From: a virus
Taxonomy: Duplodnaviria > Caudoviricetes
DNA: 64,000 bases
Direction: 5' to 3' (one strand)
Virus record (IMG/VR): IMGVR_UViG_2917802685_000001
Span: 90,159-154,158 of that record
Notes under the pieces: generated by a model
What the model saw: only the letters and a program-made list of their open reading frames with translations
Database searches by the model: none
Told to the model about the DNA's origin: nothing
Shown: piece after piece, positions 47,231-55,600 of the stretch
How the letters are laid out: every line of letters begins with the position of its first letter
Position numbering within the stretch: the first letter of the stretch is position 1
Position numbers and translations under genes: made by a program

Positions 47231-47776
47231 TCAGATGTCGAGGCTCTCTCGCACGTTCGCCTCCAGGAGGGTCGCCTTGCGGGGGGCGTTCTGGGCCAGC
47301 CAGCCCTCGGCGAAGTAGCCGAATTTCTCGGCCTTTCGTTCGCGGTCCTCGCTGCTCGTGCCGTCGGCGCGGCACATGACTCCGGCGGAGGCGAGGGCGT
47401 CCGCGAGGAGGCCCGATGTACTGGTGCAGGCCCCCATCAAGAGGCGCACGATGCTGGTGAGGTTGAGCCGGTCCGGCTCATCTCCGTTGACCATGTGGCC
47501 AAGCTCGTGCCCCAGGACGTGGTTGTACGGTATGCCCGAGATGGCGGGATGGGCCCAGACGAGGTCGGTGTCCGGCGTAGGGAACCACATGCCGCTCGGG
47601 CCGTTCGGCGAGGCCACCACTGGGTCACGGCTGAGGATGAGGTTGCGACCGCGCACCTGCTCCACGTACGCGCGCAGCAGATCCTCGGCCGTCCAGGGAG
47701 ACGCGGGGAGCACCAGCCTCGTCAGTGCTTGGTCCCAAGTCCCCTTCAGGCCATGCCGGTTCCGCATCACACCCAT
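47231..47776 (-). CDS. ImmA/IrrE-like Zn metallopeptidase
   Basis: PSGMW, HVLGHELGHM (HExxH), ERKAE. Confidence 0.85.
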   Translation of the reverse strand: MGVMRNRHGLKGTWDQALTRLVLPASPWTAEDLLRAYVEQVRGRNLILSRDPVVASPNGPSGMWFPTPDTDLVWAHPAISGIPYNHVLGHELGHMVNGDEPDRLNLTSIVRLLMGACTSTSGLLADALASAGVMCRADGTSSEDRERKAEKFGYFAEGWLAQNAPRKATLLEANVRESLDI

Positions 47777-47847
47777 CCAAGCCCCCGTTGATCACTGAGT
47801 CTGCCTCTTGACGCCACTCAGCGTAAGGCACGGGGCTGACAATGGAG

Positions 47848-48423
47848 CTATCCGGTCTCGGCTTCGGGGGCCGCCTGTAGGGCCATCAGGGCGAGGCGGA
47901 AGATGCTCTCGACCTGCGCGGGGTCCTTCTCTTTGCCGCCTCGCAGCAGGGCGCCGATCAACTCCATGCCCTGCGTGCTCTCTGGGTCACTCTCCGTAGG
48001 CTTGTCGAGCGCCTGGGCGGCCGTGACAACTTGCATGCCGAGCTGGACGAGTTCCACTTCCTTCTCGATCTTGCGCGTTTCATCCGTGGCGTCGGCGCCG
48101 ATGCGCCAGAAGTCCGTGGGCACCTTGAAGAACAGGCTGAGGGCCTCGACGACCCCCCACTTCACGTCCTTCTTCTTGCCGTCGCGCAGCTCGGTCAGGT
48201 ACAGGCGGTTGACGACGTCGGGCTCAGTACGAATCTCCTCGCACGCCTGTGCGATTTCCTCCATACTGGCACCGGCAGCCTGCAGCTCCCGGGTCATCCG
48301 CAAATTTTTCTCCTCGCGGTACAACCTTGAAGCCTCGCGGGCGATCACACTGATGTCGTACTTCTTGCCATCAGGGCTGAGCTTCAAGGCGTGCAGCTGG
48401 CGGAACTTGCGACCTAGAGGCAT
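47848..48423 (-). CDS. XRE/EspR-like HTH transcriptional regulator
   Basis: YLTELRDGKKKDV...VEALSLFFKVPTDFW; RBS GAAGGGG before MPLGRKF. Confidence 0.8.
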   Translation of the reverse strand: MPLGRKFRQLHALKLSPDGKKYDISVIAREASRLYREEKNLRMTRELQAAGASMEEIAQACEEIRTEPDVVNRLYLTELRDGKKKDVKWGVVEALSLFFKVPTDFWRIGADATDETRKIEKEVELVQLGMQVVTAAQALDKPTESDPESTQGMELIGALLRGGKEKDPAQVESIFRLALMALQAAPEAETG

Positions 48424-48538
48424 CGGGTCCCCCTTCCCTATGTCGAGATGAAAAAAGTTGACCCATGCCTGGATCCTAGCGCCGATGCATGGTTTCCATA
48501 CACCCGGGGGCTCAGAACGAGCAGACATGTATGGAAAG

Positions 48539-48569
48539 TTGACACCAGTACCACCCGGCGTCATACGAT
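48539..48569 (+). promoter_or_regulatory. Sigma70-like promoter divergent from the HTH gene
   Basis: TTGACA-19-TACGAT; AAAGTTGAC repeated at 48454 and 48535. Confidence 0.45.
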
Positions 48570-48661
48570 CAGCGCAACAAACTGACAGACACGGGGCTGA
48601 CGGGGGGGCGATCCATCATGAGCACAGCTGTGACGGCTGCCCGAATCCCCTGCGCCGGGTC

Positions 48662-48696
48662 CTGTCTGGGCGCACCTGCGGGCCATCAAGGGGCGA
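48662..48696 (+). promoter_or_regulatory. Late promoter motif
   Basis: CTGTC-N21-AAGGGGCGA. Confidence 0.75.
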
Positions 48697-48722
48697 AGCA
48701 TCCCCTGGCCCGAGGAGTTCAG

Positions 48723-49025
48723 GTGCCTATTCCCGCCCTTGTCCGTACGGTCGTTCCCGCGATCGTCGGTACCGCTCTGGCGTTCCTCGCCTCGCACAAC
48801 ATCCACGTCAGCGCCGAGTGGCAGGACTACCTGACCGCTGGCCTGACCATGGGCCTCACCGGCCTGTACTACGTGTTCGCATCACAGCTTCAGTCGCGCT
48901 GGCCTCTCGCGGGCCTACTCCTCGGCTCCACTGCCAGGCCGACCTACACGGGACGGCACCGCAAGACCAGCACCCCCGATCCGGCGACCGCCACGTCGGA
49001 TCCCACTCCGGAAGACCGGCCGTAG
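48723..49025 (+). CDS. Holin
   Basis: GAGGAG + GTG; VRTVVPAIVG...YY...RWP..G.LLG...PTY actinophage holin pattern, 2 TM. Confidence 0.75.
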   Translation: MPIPALVRTVVPAIVGTALAFLASHNIHVSAEWQDYLTAGLTMGLTGLYYVFASQLQSRWPLAGLLLGSTARPTYTGRHRKTSTPDPATATSDPTPEDRP

Positions 49026-49057
49026 ACCGCCATCTACCGCTGACGTAGACCGGAGCT

Positions 49058-49104
49058 GAGCCCCGGCCGACCCGATTCCTTGCCAGGAAGGTCGGCCGGG
49101 GCTC
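49058..49104 (+). terminator. Stem-loop terminator
   Basis: 15-bp stem GAGCCCCGGCCGACC. Confidence 0.8.
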
Positions 49105-49354
49105 TCTGTATGCCGTCTACGGGCGTCGCATCGTTCAACGACGCATCGGGTGAACGGTATCGGCAAATTTAGAATAAGTCTATTTGTCGCCAAAGCGAGG
49201 AAGAGGACCTTCCGCTTCGGCCGACCAGCGGAGAGCGTATCTCGCATTGTGCCGAACCTCTGGCCATCGGTTCTCCCCTCCATGAGGTCTACACATCTCC
49301 TTCTCCAACCTGTTGCCGTCGACGGCCCCCAGGTTGCCCAGCGGACCGGGCTTC

Positions 49355-49389
49355 CTGTTCGTCACACCTCCTCCACCCCCAAGGGGCGA
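49355..49389 (+). promoter_or_regulatory. Late promoter motif
   Basis: CTGTT-N21-AAGGGGCGA. Confidence 0.75.
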
Positions 49390-49429
49390 GGGCGCACCAC
49401 GCGCCGCCGCCCGCACAGGAGGACCCGGT

Positions 49430-52400
49430 GTGCTGAAGTTCGCCACGGCCCAGATCATCGCCGCCAGCCTCGGCGATCAGCAGCGTGTCACCAAGGCGGC
49501 CCACCGTGCGGTGTTCGAGTACGACGCGCGTCCCGGCTACTTGTACGTACGCAGCAGGGCGATCAGTTCACGCTGCAACGACAATTTCGACGAATTTCCT
49601 GCCGAGGAGATCGCGGCGTCGTACAAGACGTTCGTCGGCAAGCCGGTCTTCGTGAACCACGTCAACGACAACCACCGGCGCGCCCGGGGCGTCATCATCG
49701 ACGCCGCTCTCCACCATGACCGCAACCCTGACGGCTCGCCGGACACGTGGGCCGAGGTCCTCATGGAGATCGACGCCACGCGGTTCCCGAAACTGGCCAA
49801 GGCGATCCTGGCCGGGCACATCGACCGGACCTCCATGGGCTGCGACGTCGAGCGCTCCGTGTGCTCCGCCTGCGGCAACGAGGCCCGCACTCCGGCCGAT
49901 TACTGCTCCCACATCCCTCACTTGAAGGGCAAGCGGATCTTCCGCGCCACGGCGGGCGGGAAGAAGGTCGGGGAGCTGGTCCGCGAAACCTGCTTCGGGT
50001 TGAGGTTCTTCGAGAACAGCGTGCTCGTAGAGCCCCCGGCCGACCCGACCGCGCACTTCCTCGGCGTGGACGCCTCCGGCCTCGGCAAGGCCGCCTCGAA
50101 GTCGCGGGTGCACGTTGGCAGCGAGCCCTGGATCGATACGACGGCCGCGACCGACTACTCCCAGTTCGAGGACCACGACGGCCTGGAGGGCGACGACGAC
50201 GGCGGCGAGGACGAGGCGCCCCAGCCGAAGCCCGCCCACCCCGCCGCGCACGCCAAGCCCGCCGTGCCGCACGTCCCGTTCGAGGGCACCACGCCCGACC
50301 ACCAGCGCCGCCAGGATGCGGTGACGCACGCCAAGCCCTTCACCCCGCTGAAGCCGAGCCTCAACGGCCTGCAGGCGCAGGCCGCCCAGGGCCTGTCCTG
50401 GGACGACATCGGCGCCCGCCACCCACACATCTACGGCGACCCCGAGGTCCACGGCGAGGCCGCCGAGCACGCCGACGGCCAGATGATCGGCTGGGCCGCC
50501 AACGACCTGGCCCACTCCACCCGGGACGACCCGGACGCCGAACGGCACGACATCAGCGAGTTGACCTTCCATCGCGCGATGGTCGACCCCCACACCATCG
50601 ACCACAAGCGGCACGGAAGCAGCGACGGCCGGGTGGCCTCGGCCGTCGAGGGCTACAAGAAGAACCCGGACGAGATGCCCCCGGTGGTGCTGGTGCACCG
50701 TCACGGCGTCTTCCAGGTCGCCGACGGCCACCACCGGACCGAGGCCGCCAAGGCCGTGGGCATGGACAAGGTCCCCGCCTACGTGGCGAAGTCGCCCTAC
50801 CCCAACAAGCCCAGCGGCTGGGGTGAGCGTGCTCCGTACCACGGCGCGGAGAAGACCCGCTGGACTCCGCCGAAGACGAAGGAGACCCCGGCCCCGGCCG
50901 CTCCTCAGTGGGAGCAGCAAAAGCTGTTCGAGGCCCGGCGTCAGGCGGCGCTGCAGGCGATGGCGGCTGCGAAGAAGCCCGCGCCGAAGGCCGCCGAGCC
51001 CGAGGTGGACGAGTACGGCACCCCGAAGCCGAAGCGCGGCCAGCCGTACGAGCCTGCCGGGGACCACCCCTGGTACAAGCAGGTTCCGCTGCACCACGAC
51101 CACATCGTCGACCACTGGGACAAGGCGACCGACGAGGAGAAGGACTCGGGCATGCGCTGGTACAGCGATGCCCACCACGTCGCCAAGGCCATCGCCAAGC
51201 TGCACCCGGGCATCACGTCTGACGAGGAGGCCGCGCACAAGGGCGCCGGTGTCCTGTCGGCCTACTCGCCGCGCACCAACTGGCCGATGAACATGTTCAA
51301 CGCGGCCCACTCCTTCCACCGGCAGGCCGCCGTCCGGCCGCTCAAGGACGACCCGGACAAGCCCGCGCACGCCATCACCATGGGCATGCACGCCGACAAG
51401 GCGCAGCGAATCATGGACGGCGAGCACCACCAGCCGGTCCTGAACTCGCCCAAGACGCAGGACTTCGCTCACCTCATCGAGCACGGCGGTCACGAGCCGC
51501 AGACCGACGAGGAGAAGAAATCCGGCGCCGAGCCCCGGATGAGCGGGCGTGTGGTCGTCGACCGGCACGCGCTGTCCGTGGCCGCCGGGCGCCGGATCAC
51601 CGACGTCGAGAACGACGCCCACTCGGGGTTCCCGGGGACCGGCGGCAAGCACGCCCGGCACTACTACGAGCACGCCGCCAACACCTACCGCAACGCCGCC
51701 GCTGCCATCTCCGAGAAGGAGGGCAAGCCGGTCGGCGCGCACCAGGTGCAGGCCGTGACGTGGCTGGTTCGCCAACGGCTCAACGCCGACGAGGACCAGG
51801 CCAACGTCAACGCCAACGCCAAGAACCTGGGCACCGGGCGCAGGAAGTCCGAGGAGAACATCAAGGGCCACTGGAAGGACTTCGCGGGTGAGCACGCGCC
51901 GGAGCTGAAGGAGCAGGGAAACTCCCACGTGGCCAGGGTCATTGACTCCACGTCCATCAACGACGACGGTACGATCCGTGCCGTTGCGTACGGGGAGATC
52001 AAGGCCCCGGCCGACGTCGACACTCTCCGCGAGGAGAACTGCCCGGTCTGCGGCGACAAGGACACCTTCGACGGTATCCAGTGCCAGATCTGCGGGTTCA
52101 TCAACCCGCCGGAGCAGTTCCGTGACCCGGACCTGGACAAGGCCAAGCAGCTCGACCTGCGCAAGCAGATCGTCGACCCGCAGCTGATCGACAACAACGG
52201 TGAGCTGCAGCGCGTCAACGACGACGGCACCGGCATGCCGCAGGACGGCGAGGAGCCCGGTGACGAGGAGCAGCAGCTGGGCCCCGACGGGCAGCCGCTG
52301 GACGAGGGCGACCCGCAGATGGTCGACGCCGACCAGCTCGACGAGAACGGCCTGCCGCCGTCCCCGTTCGGTGACCAGGCGCTCGACGGCACCCAGCAGG

Positions 52401-52906
52401 CGGGCCCGGCCGTCTCCGACCGCAACGGCGACGGCATGATCCAGCCGGACGAGATCGACCCCGACGGCAACGTCAACGCTCAGCCGCAGATGGTCGACCC
52501 GGGTCAGGGTGGCCAGGCCGCACCGCGTGAACTGCCGGGCTGGGGCAAGGACCACACCGGCCTGCCGTTCTGGCCGGGCCCGGACATGCCCGACCACCCC
52601 GGCGAGCCCGACAGCCCGGACGACAAGCTGGGTCTGGACGACGACGCCCCGCACGGCCGGATGCCGGAGCCGATGATGGGCCAGCCCGGCGACGGTGTCC
52701 CGGACCTGTTCTGCCCGAGCTGCGGCTTCGGTGCGGACGCCACCGCGCCGCAGACCCAGGACATGGGTAACCCGGGCGGCGCGGCCGACGGCGTCGTGGA
52801 CGGGGACGTCTGCCCCAGCTGCCAGCGCGCTCAGCTCCTGACCCCCGGTGAGATCAACAGCAACTTCTCGAAGGCGCCTGCTGTCGAGCGGTCCCCCTGG
52901 AGCTGA
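49430..52906 (+). CDS. Prohead (capsid maturation) protease polyprotein with ParB/Srx-like, DNA-glycosylase-like and Zn-ribbon domains
   Basis: AGGAGG + GTG; FVNH, TSMGC, FENS.LVEPPADP (protease); PPVVLV...VADGHHR (ParB); WY..A...SAYSP..W..N...VDRH...QAVTW; CPVC/CQIC, CPSC x2. Confidence 0.8.
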   Translation: MLKFATAQIIAASLGDQQRVTKAAHRAVFEYDARPGYLYVRSRAISSRCNDNFDEFPAEEIAASYKTFVGKPVFVNHVNDNHRRARGVIIDAALHHDRNPDGSPDTWAEVLMEIDATRFPKLAKAILAGHIDRTSMGCDVERSVCSACGNEARTPADYCSHIPHLKGKRIFRATAGGKKVGELVRETCFGLRFFENSVLVEPPADPTAHFLGVDASGLGKAASKSRVHVGSEPWIDTTAATDYSQFEDHDGLEGDDDGGEDEAPQPKPAHPAAHAKPAVPHVPFEGTTPDHQRRQDAVTHAKPFTPLKPSLNGLQAQAAQGLSWDDIGARHPHIYGDPEVHGEAAEHADGQMIGWAANDLAHSTRDDPDAERHDISELTFHRAMVDPHTIDHKRHGSSDGRVASAVEGYKKNPDEMPPVVLVHRHGVFQVADGHHRTEAAKAVGMDKVPAYVAKSPYPNKPSGWGERAPYHGAEKTRWTPPKTKETPAPAAPQWEQQKLFEARRQAALQAMAAAKKPAPKAAEPEVDEYGTPKPKRGQPYEPAGDHPWYKQVPLHHDHIVDHWDKATDEEKDSGMRWYSDAHHVAKAIAKLHPGITSDEEAAHKGAGVLSAYSPRTNWPMNMFNAAHSFHRQAAVRPLKDDPDKPAHAITMGMHADKAQRIMDGEHHQPVLNSPKTQDFAHLIEHGGHEPQTDEEKKSGAEPRMSGRVVVDRHALSVAAGRRITDVENDAHSGFPGTGGKHARHYYEHAANTYRNAAAAISEKEGKPVGAHQVQAVTWLVRQRLNADEDQANVNANAKNLGTGRRKSEENIKGHWKDFAGEHAPELKEQGNSHVARVIDSTSINDDGTIRAVAYGEIKAPADVDTLREENCPVCGDKDTFDGIQCQICGFINPPEQFRDPDLDKAKQLDLRKQIVDPQLIDNNGELQRVNDDGTGMPQDGEEPGDEEQQLGPDGQPLDEGDPQMVDADQLDENGLPPSPFGDQALDGTQQAGPAVSDRNGDGMIQPDEIDPDGNVNAQPQMVDPGQGGQAAPRELPGWGKDHTGLPFWPGPDMPDHPGEPDSPDDKLGLDDDAPHGRMPEPMMGQPGDGVPDLFCPSCGFGADATAPQTQDMGNPGGAADGVVDGDVCPSCQRAQLLTPGEINSNFSKAPAVERSPWS

Positions 52907-52914
52907 AGCAGTGA
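52881..52914 (+). promoter_or_regulatory. Late promoter motif (variant)
   Basis: CTGTC-N20-AAGCAGTGA. Confidence 0.5.
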
Positions 52915-52969
52915 AGACCGCCCACGGCAACGCGTCGTGAGCGAAGCAGGCTTTGAAGGAGTAACCAGT

Positions 52970-53842
52970 ATGAGCCGTCCGCTCATGGCAGCGCTGACCG
53001 CCCAGCAGCTCGTCATCGACGACCAGCGCAAGCAGCTGGCCGCGCAGGCCGCGCTGCTGGAGGTGCAGGGCAAGCAGATCTCGCTGATCGCCCGCCTGGC
53101 GGGTGTCACCACCGAAGTCGACGCGCTTGCCAAGACTGCCGACATCGCCAACCCCGCCCAGCCCATCCCGGACGGGCCGGAGCAGGCGCCCTCGGAGACG
53201 ACCGAGCAGGCCGCGACCCCCGAGACCAACGACGACGTCCGCTCGCCGGGCCAGACCGGCAACTCCACCGCCGGTGTCCCGGCCGCTGCGACCGACACCG
53301 CGCTCACTCCGGGCGGCACCCTCCCGGCCGAGCCGTACGGCAACCTGCAGGACGTCACCAGCCCTGTCTCCGGCGTCAACACCGGTGAGGTCCCCCTGGA
53401 CGAGACCCGCATCGAGACCGACGTCCGCGTCGGAGACCCGGCGCAGTGGGACGTCGCCTTCCCCTGGACCATGGGCGACAACAAGTCCAACTCCAACCCG
53501 GTGACTACGGGCGAGATGGCCGGTGCCAGCGGTGGTCCGTCGCGCACGCACGCGTGCCTGCGCCTGGCCCGCCTGCAGATCCAGGCCGGGATCGCCAGCG
53601 GCGACGACCTCACCGTGTCCGCACGCCTGGAGGGCGACGCCAGCCTCTCCGACGAGCTGATCAACCGTGAGATCGGCGTCCTGGACCGCGTCATGAAGGC
53701 CGCGTCTGCCCGGACCGCGCCGTCGGGCGGCCGTGTCGCGGCCCGCAGCGCGGAGCGTGTGGCGCCGTCTCTGGCGGCCCACGCGACCGCCTCTGCGGCT
53801 CCGCTCGCGGGCACCGACGAGGTCTCCGACCTGTTCGACTGA
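52970..53842 (+). CDS. Scaffolding-like protein
   Basis: Between protease and capsid; N-terminal coiled coil; ends SDLFD. Confidence 0.7.
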   Translation: MSRPLMAALTAQQLVIDDQRKQLAAQAALLEVQGKQISLIARLAGVTTEVDALAKTADIANPAQPIPDGPEQAPSETTEQAATPETNDDVRSPGQTGNSTAGVPAAATDTALTPGGTLPAEPYGNLQDVTSPVSGVNTGEVPLDETRIETDVRVGDPAQWDVAFPWTMGDNKSNSNPVTTGEMAGASGGPSRTHACLRLARLQIQAGIASGDDLTVSARLEGDASLSDELINREIGVLDRVMKAASARTAPSGGRVAARSAERVAPSLAAHATASAAPLAGTDEVSDLFD

Positions 53843-53850
53843 GCCACTGA

Positions 53851-53890
53851 ATGCAGAGGGCCCGACGGCTTCCGTCGGGCCCTTTTGCAT
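53851..53890 (+). terminator. Rho-independent terminator
   Basis: AGGGCCCGACGG / CCGTCGGGCCCT then TTT. Confidence 0.85.
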
Positions 53891-53918
53891 CTCCCCAGAA
53901 ATTCCTTGTGGTTGGGCA

Positions 53919-53954
53919 CTGTCTCACCCCCCATTGCCCGCGCCTAGGGGGTGA
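53919..53954 (+). promoter_or_regulatory. Late promoter motif
   Basis: CTGTC-N22-AGGGGGTGA. Confidence 0.75.
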
Positions 53955-54008
53955 AGACGGCCTGCCGGATCTCGGCGGCCAGCCGAGACCCACTGGAGGG
54001 CGGAACAC

Positions 54009-54521
54009 ATGATCCGCGTGCGGGCAAACCTGGCCCACATCAAGCGCACCCTGCGCCCGCTGTACGCCTGGACCCAGGCAACCCCCGCGTCCGTGTTCCT
54101 GGACCCGGCGTGGGACCGAAGCCTCCCGATCTGGCCTGGGATGGTCCTGTCGCAGACCGCTGGCGAGACCGTCAGCCTCATCGGCGCCGGTGGCGTGCCC
54201 TACGGCCTCGCCGGTGACTACGTCGGCGGCGACGGTTTCGACCCGCTGCTCGACGTCGGCGTGAACGCGACCTCCGTCTGGATCATGGGCTCGGACGCCC
54301 AGTTCGAGGTCCTCTCCCCGGCGTTCGACGACACCCAGGCCTGGACCGAGCCCAACGGCACCACCGAGCGGCTCGTCTACGCGATCACCGCCGGTACGGG
54401 CCGAGGCAAGCTCGCGCTCGCCACGAACGGCGCGGTCGCCACTGCGATCTCGACGCTGCCGGTCGGCCGCCTGCTCAAGGTCAACTCCCCGTCCAAGATC
54501 ACCATCGGCGGCCTGCGCTAA
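54009..54521 (+). CDS. Capsid decoration/cement protein
   Basis: Directly upstream of major capsid; KRTLRPLYA..QATP...IWPGMV recalled from Bxz1-like phages. Confidence 0.7.
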   Translation: MIRVRANLAHIKRTLRPLYAWTQATPASVFLDPAWDRSLPIWPGMVLSQTAGETVSLIGAGGVPYGLAGDYVGGDGFDPLLDVGVNATSVWIMGSDAQFEVLSPAFDDTQAWTEPNGTTERLVYAITAGTGRGKLALATNGAVATAISTLPVGRLLKVNSPSKITIGGLR

Positions 54522-54555
54522 AGCGCCCGAGCCGAGCGAGAGGACTCCACTCACC

Positions 54556-55542
54556 ATGACCGCAGCGCCCGCCGCAACCGGCCACGTTCGCACCGCGAAG
54601 AAGTCGGACGACTACGTCTCCGAGATCCTCGCTCGGCGCGAGTCCCGTGGCAACCAGCCGCTCTCCTTCGAGGCCAAGCGTCAGCGCCTCCAGGCCGTCG
54701 CCTCCGACTCCGTCAACGGGATCAAGCGCCTCGGCGTGGGCATGATCGGCCCGATCCAGTTGAAGCTCCGCTACCAGGGCATCACCCGCAACGTCCTCGT
54801 CGAGGACCCCTGCACCCCTGGTACGCCGGTCGAGTACGACGTCTGGGATGACCTCGGACAGGCGTACATCATGTCCGGCACGGACGGCGAGGTTCGCATC
54901 ACGCCGTTCGAAGGCAAGCGCATCCAGGTGCGGTTCTTCCGCATCGCGAGCCGCCCGGCGATCCGCAAGGAGGACCTGCTCTACCTGCGCATCAACGCGG
55001 TCGAGCAGGCGCAGGACGAGACCAAGCAGGCGATCCTCAAGCAGGAGGACAGCCGCCTCGTCACCATCCTGCAGGCCGCGATCTCCGACTACGCGGGCCG
55101 GGCCGACCACACGGTCACCCCGAACCACGTGATCACGGAGGCGTCCGGCTACCTGACCCCTGGCTCGCTCTACAGCGCCGTCTCCATGACGGACATGCAC
55201 GAGCTGCAGTCCAGCCGGATCCTGATCAACCCGATGGACTACCGGGACATGTACCGGTGGGACATCAACCAGACGGGCTGGGCGTTCAAGGACAGGGTCG
55301 TCGCGGGTGAGACCATCACCTCCTACGGCGAGTTCCAGATCCAGCGCTCGATCGTCATCCCGCAGAACACGATCTTCCTGACGCCGGACCCGCAGTTCCT
55401 GGGTGTCTTCCCCGTCCTGTACTCGCTGGACGTCGAGGAAAACCACCGCGTGGAGTCCTTCTGGAAGGGCTGGGTGTTCGACGAGATGGTGTCGATGCTC
55501 ATCCTCAACCCGCGCGGTCTGGCCAAGATCGTCAAGAGCTGA
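54556..55542 (+). CDS. Major capsid protein (HK97 fold, Bxz1-like)
   Basis: SDDYV...RLG..MIGPIQL.LRYQGI.RNVL.ED motif recalled from cluster-C capsid proteins; strong codon bias; flanking terminators. Confidence 0.9.
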   Translation: MTAAPAATGHVRTAKKSDDYVSEILARRESRGNQPLSFEAKRQRLQAVASDSVNGIKRLGVGMIGPIQLKLRYQGITRNVLVEDPCTPGTPVEYDVWDDLGQAYIMSGTDGEVRITPFEGKRIQVRFFRIASRPAIRKEDLLYLRINAVEQAQDETKQAILKQEDSRLVTILQAAISDYAGRADHTVTPNHVITEASGYLTPGSLYSAVSMTDMHELQSSRILINPMDYRDMYRWDINQTGWAFKDRVVAGETITSYGEFQIQRSIVIPQNTIFLTPDPQFLGVFPVLYSLDVEENHRVESFWKGWVFDEMVSMLILNPRGLAKIVKS

Positions 55543-55559
55543 CCGGACGCGGTACGCTC

Positions 55560-55600
55560 GACGAAGGCCCCCTCCAAGTCGACTGGAGGGGGCCTTCGTC
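55560..55600. terminator. Strong hairpin terminator after capsid gene
   Basis: 17-bp perfect stem GACGAAGGCCCCCTCCA. Confidence 0.85.

Noticed and set aside
49430-52906. Intein as the explanation for the oversized protease
   Set aside because: No C/S...HN-[C/S/T] splice junctions or LAGLIDADG motifs seen; the extra length consists of other domains and linkers
49568-53890. 1440-aa minus-strand ORF and other long antisense ORFs (e.g. 28197-31079, 3156-5705, 30800-33025, 36139-37893)
   Set aside because: Shadow frames of GC-rich + strand genes: stop-poor antisense, no RBS, no recognisable domains
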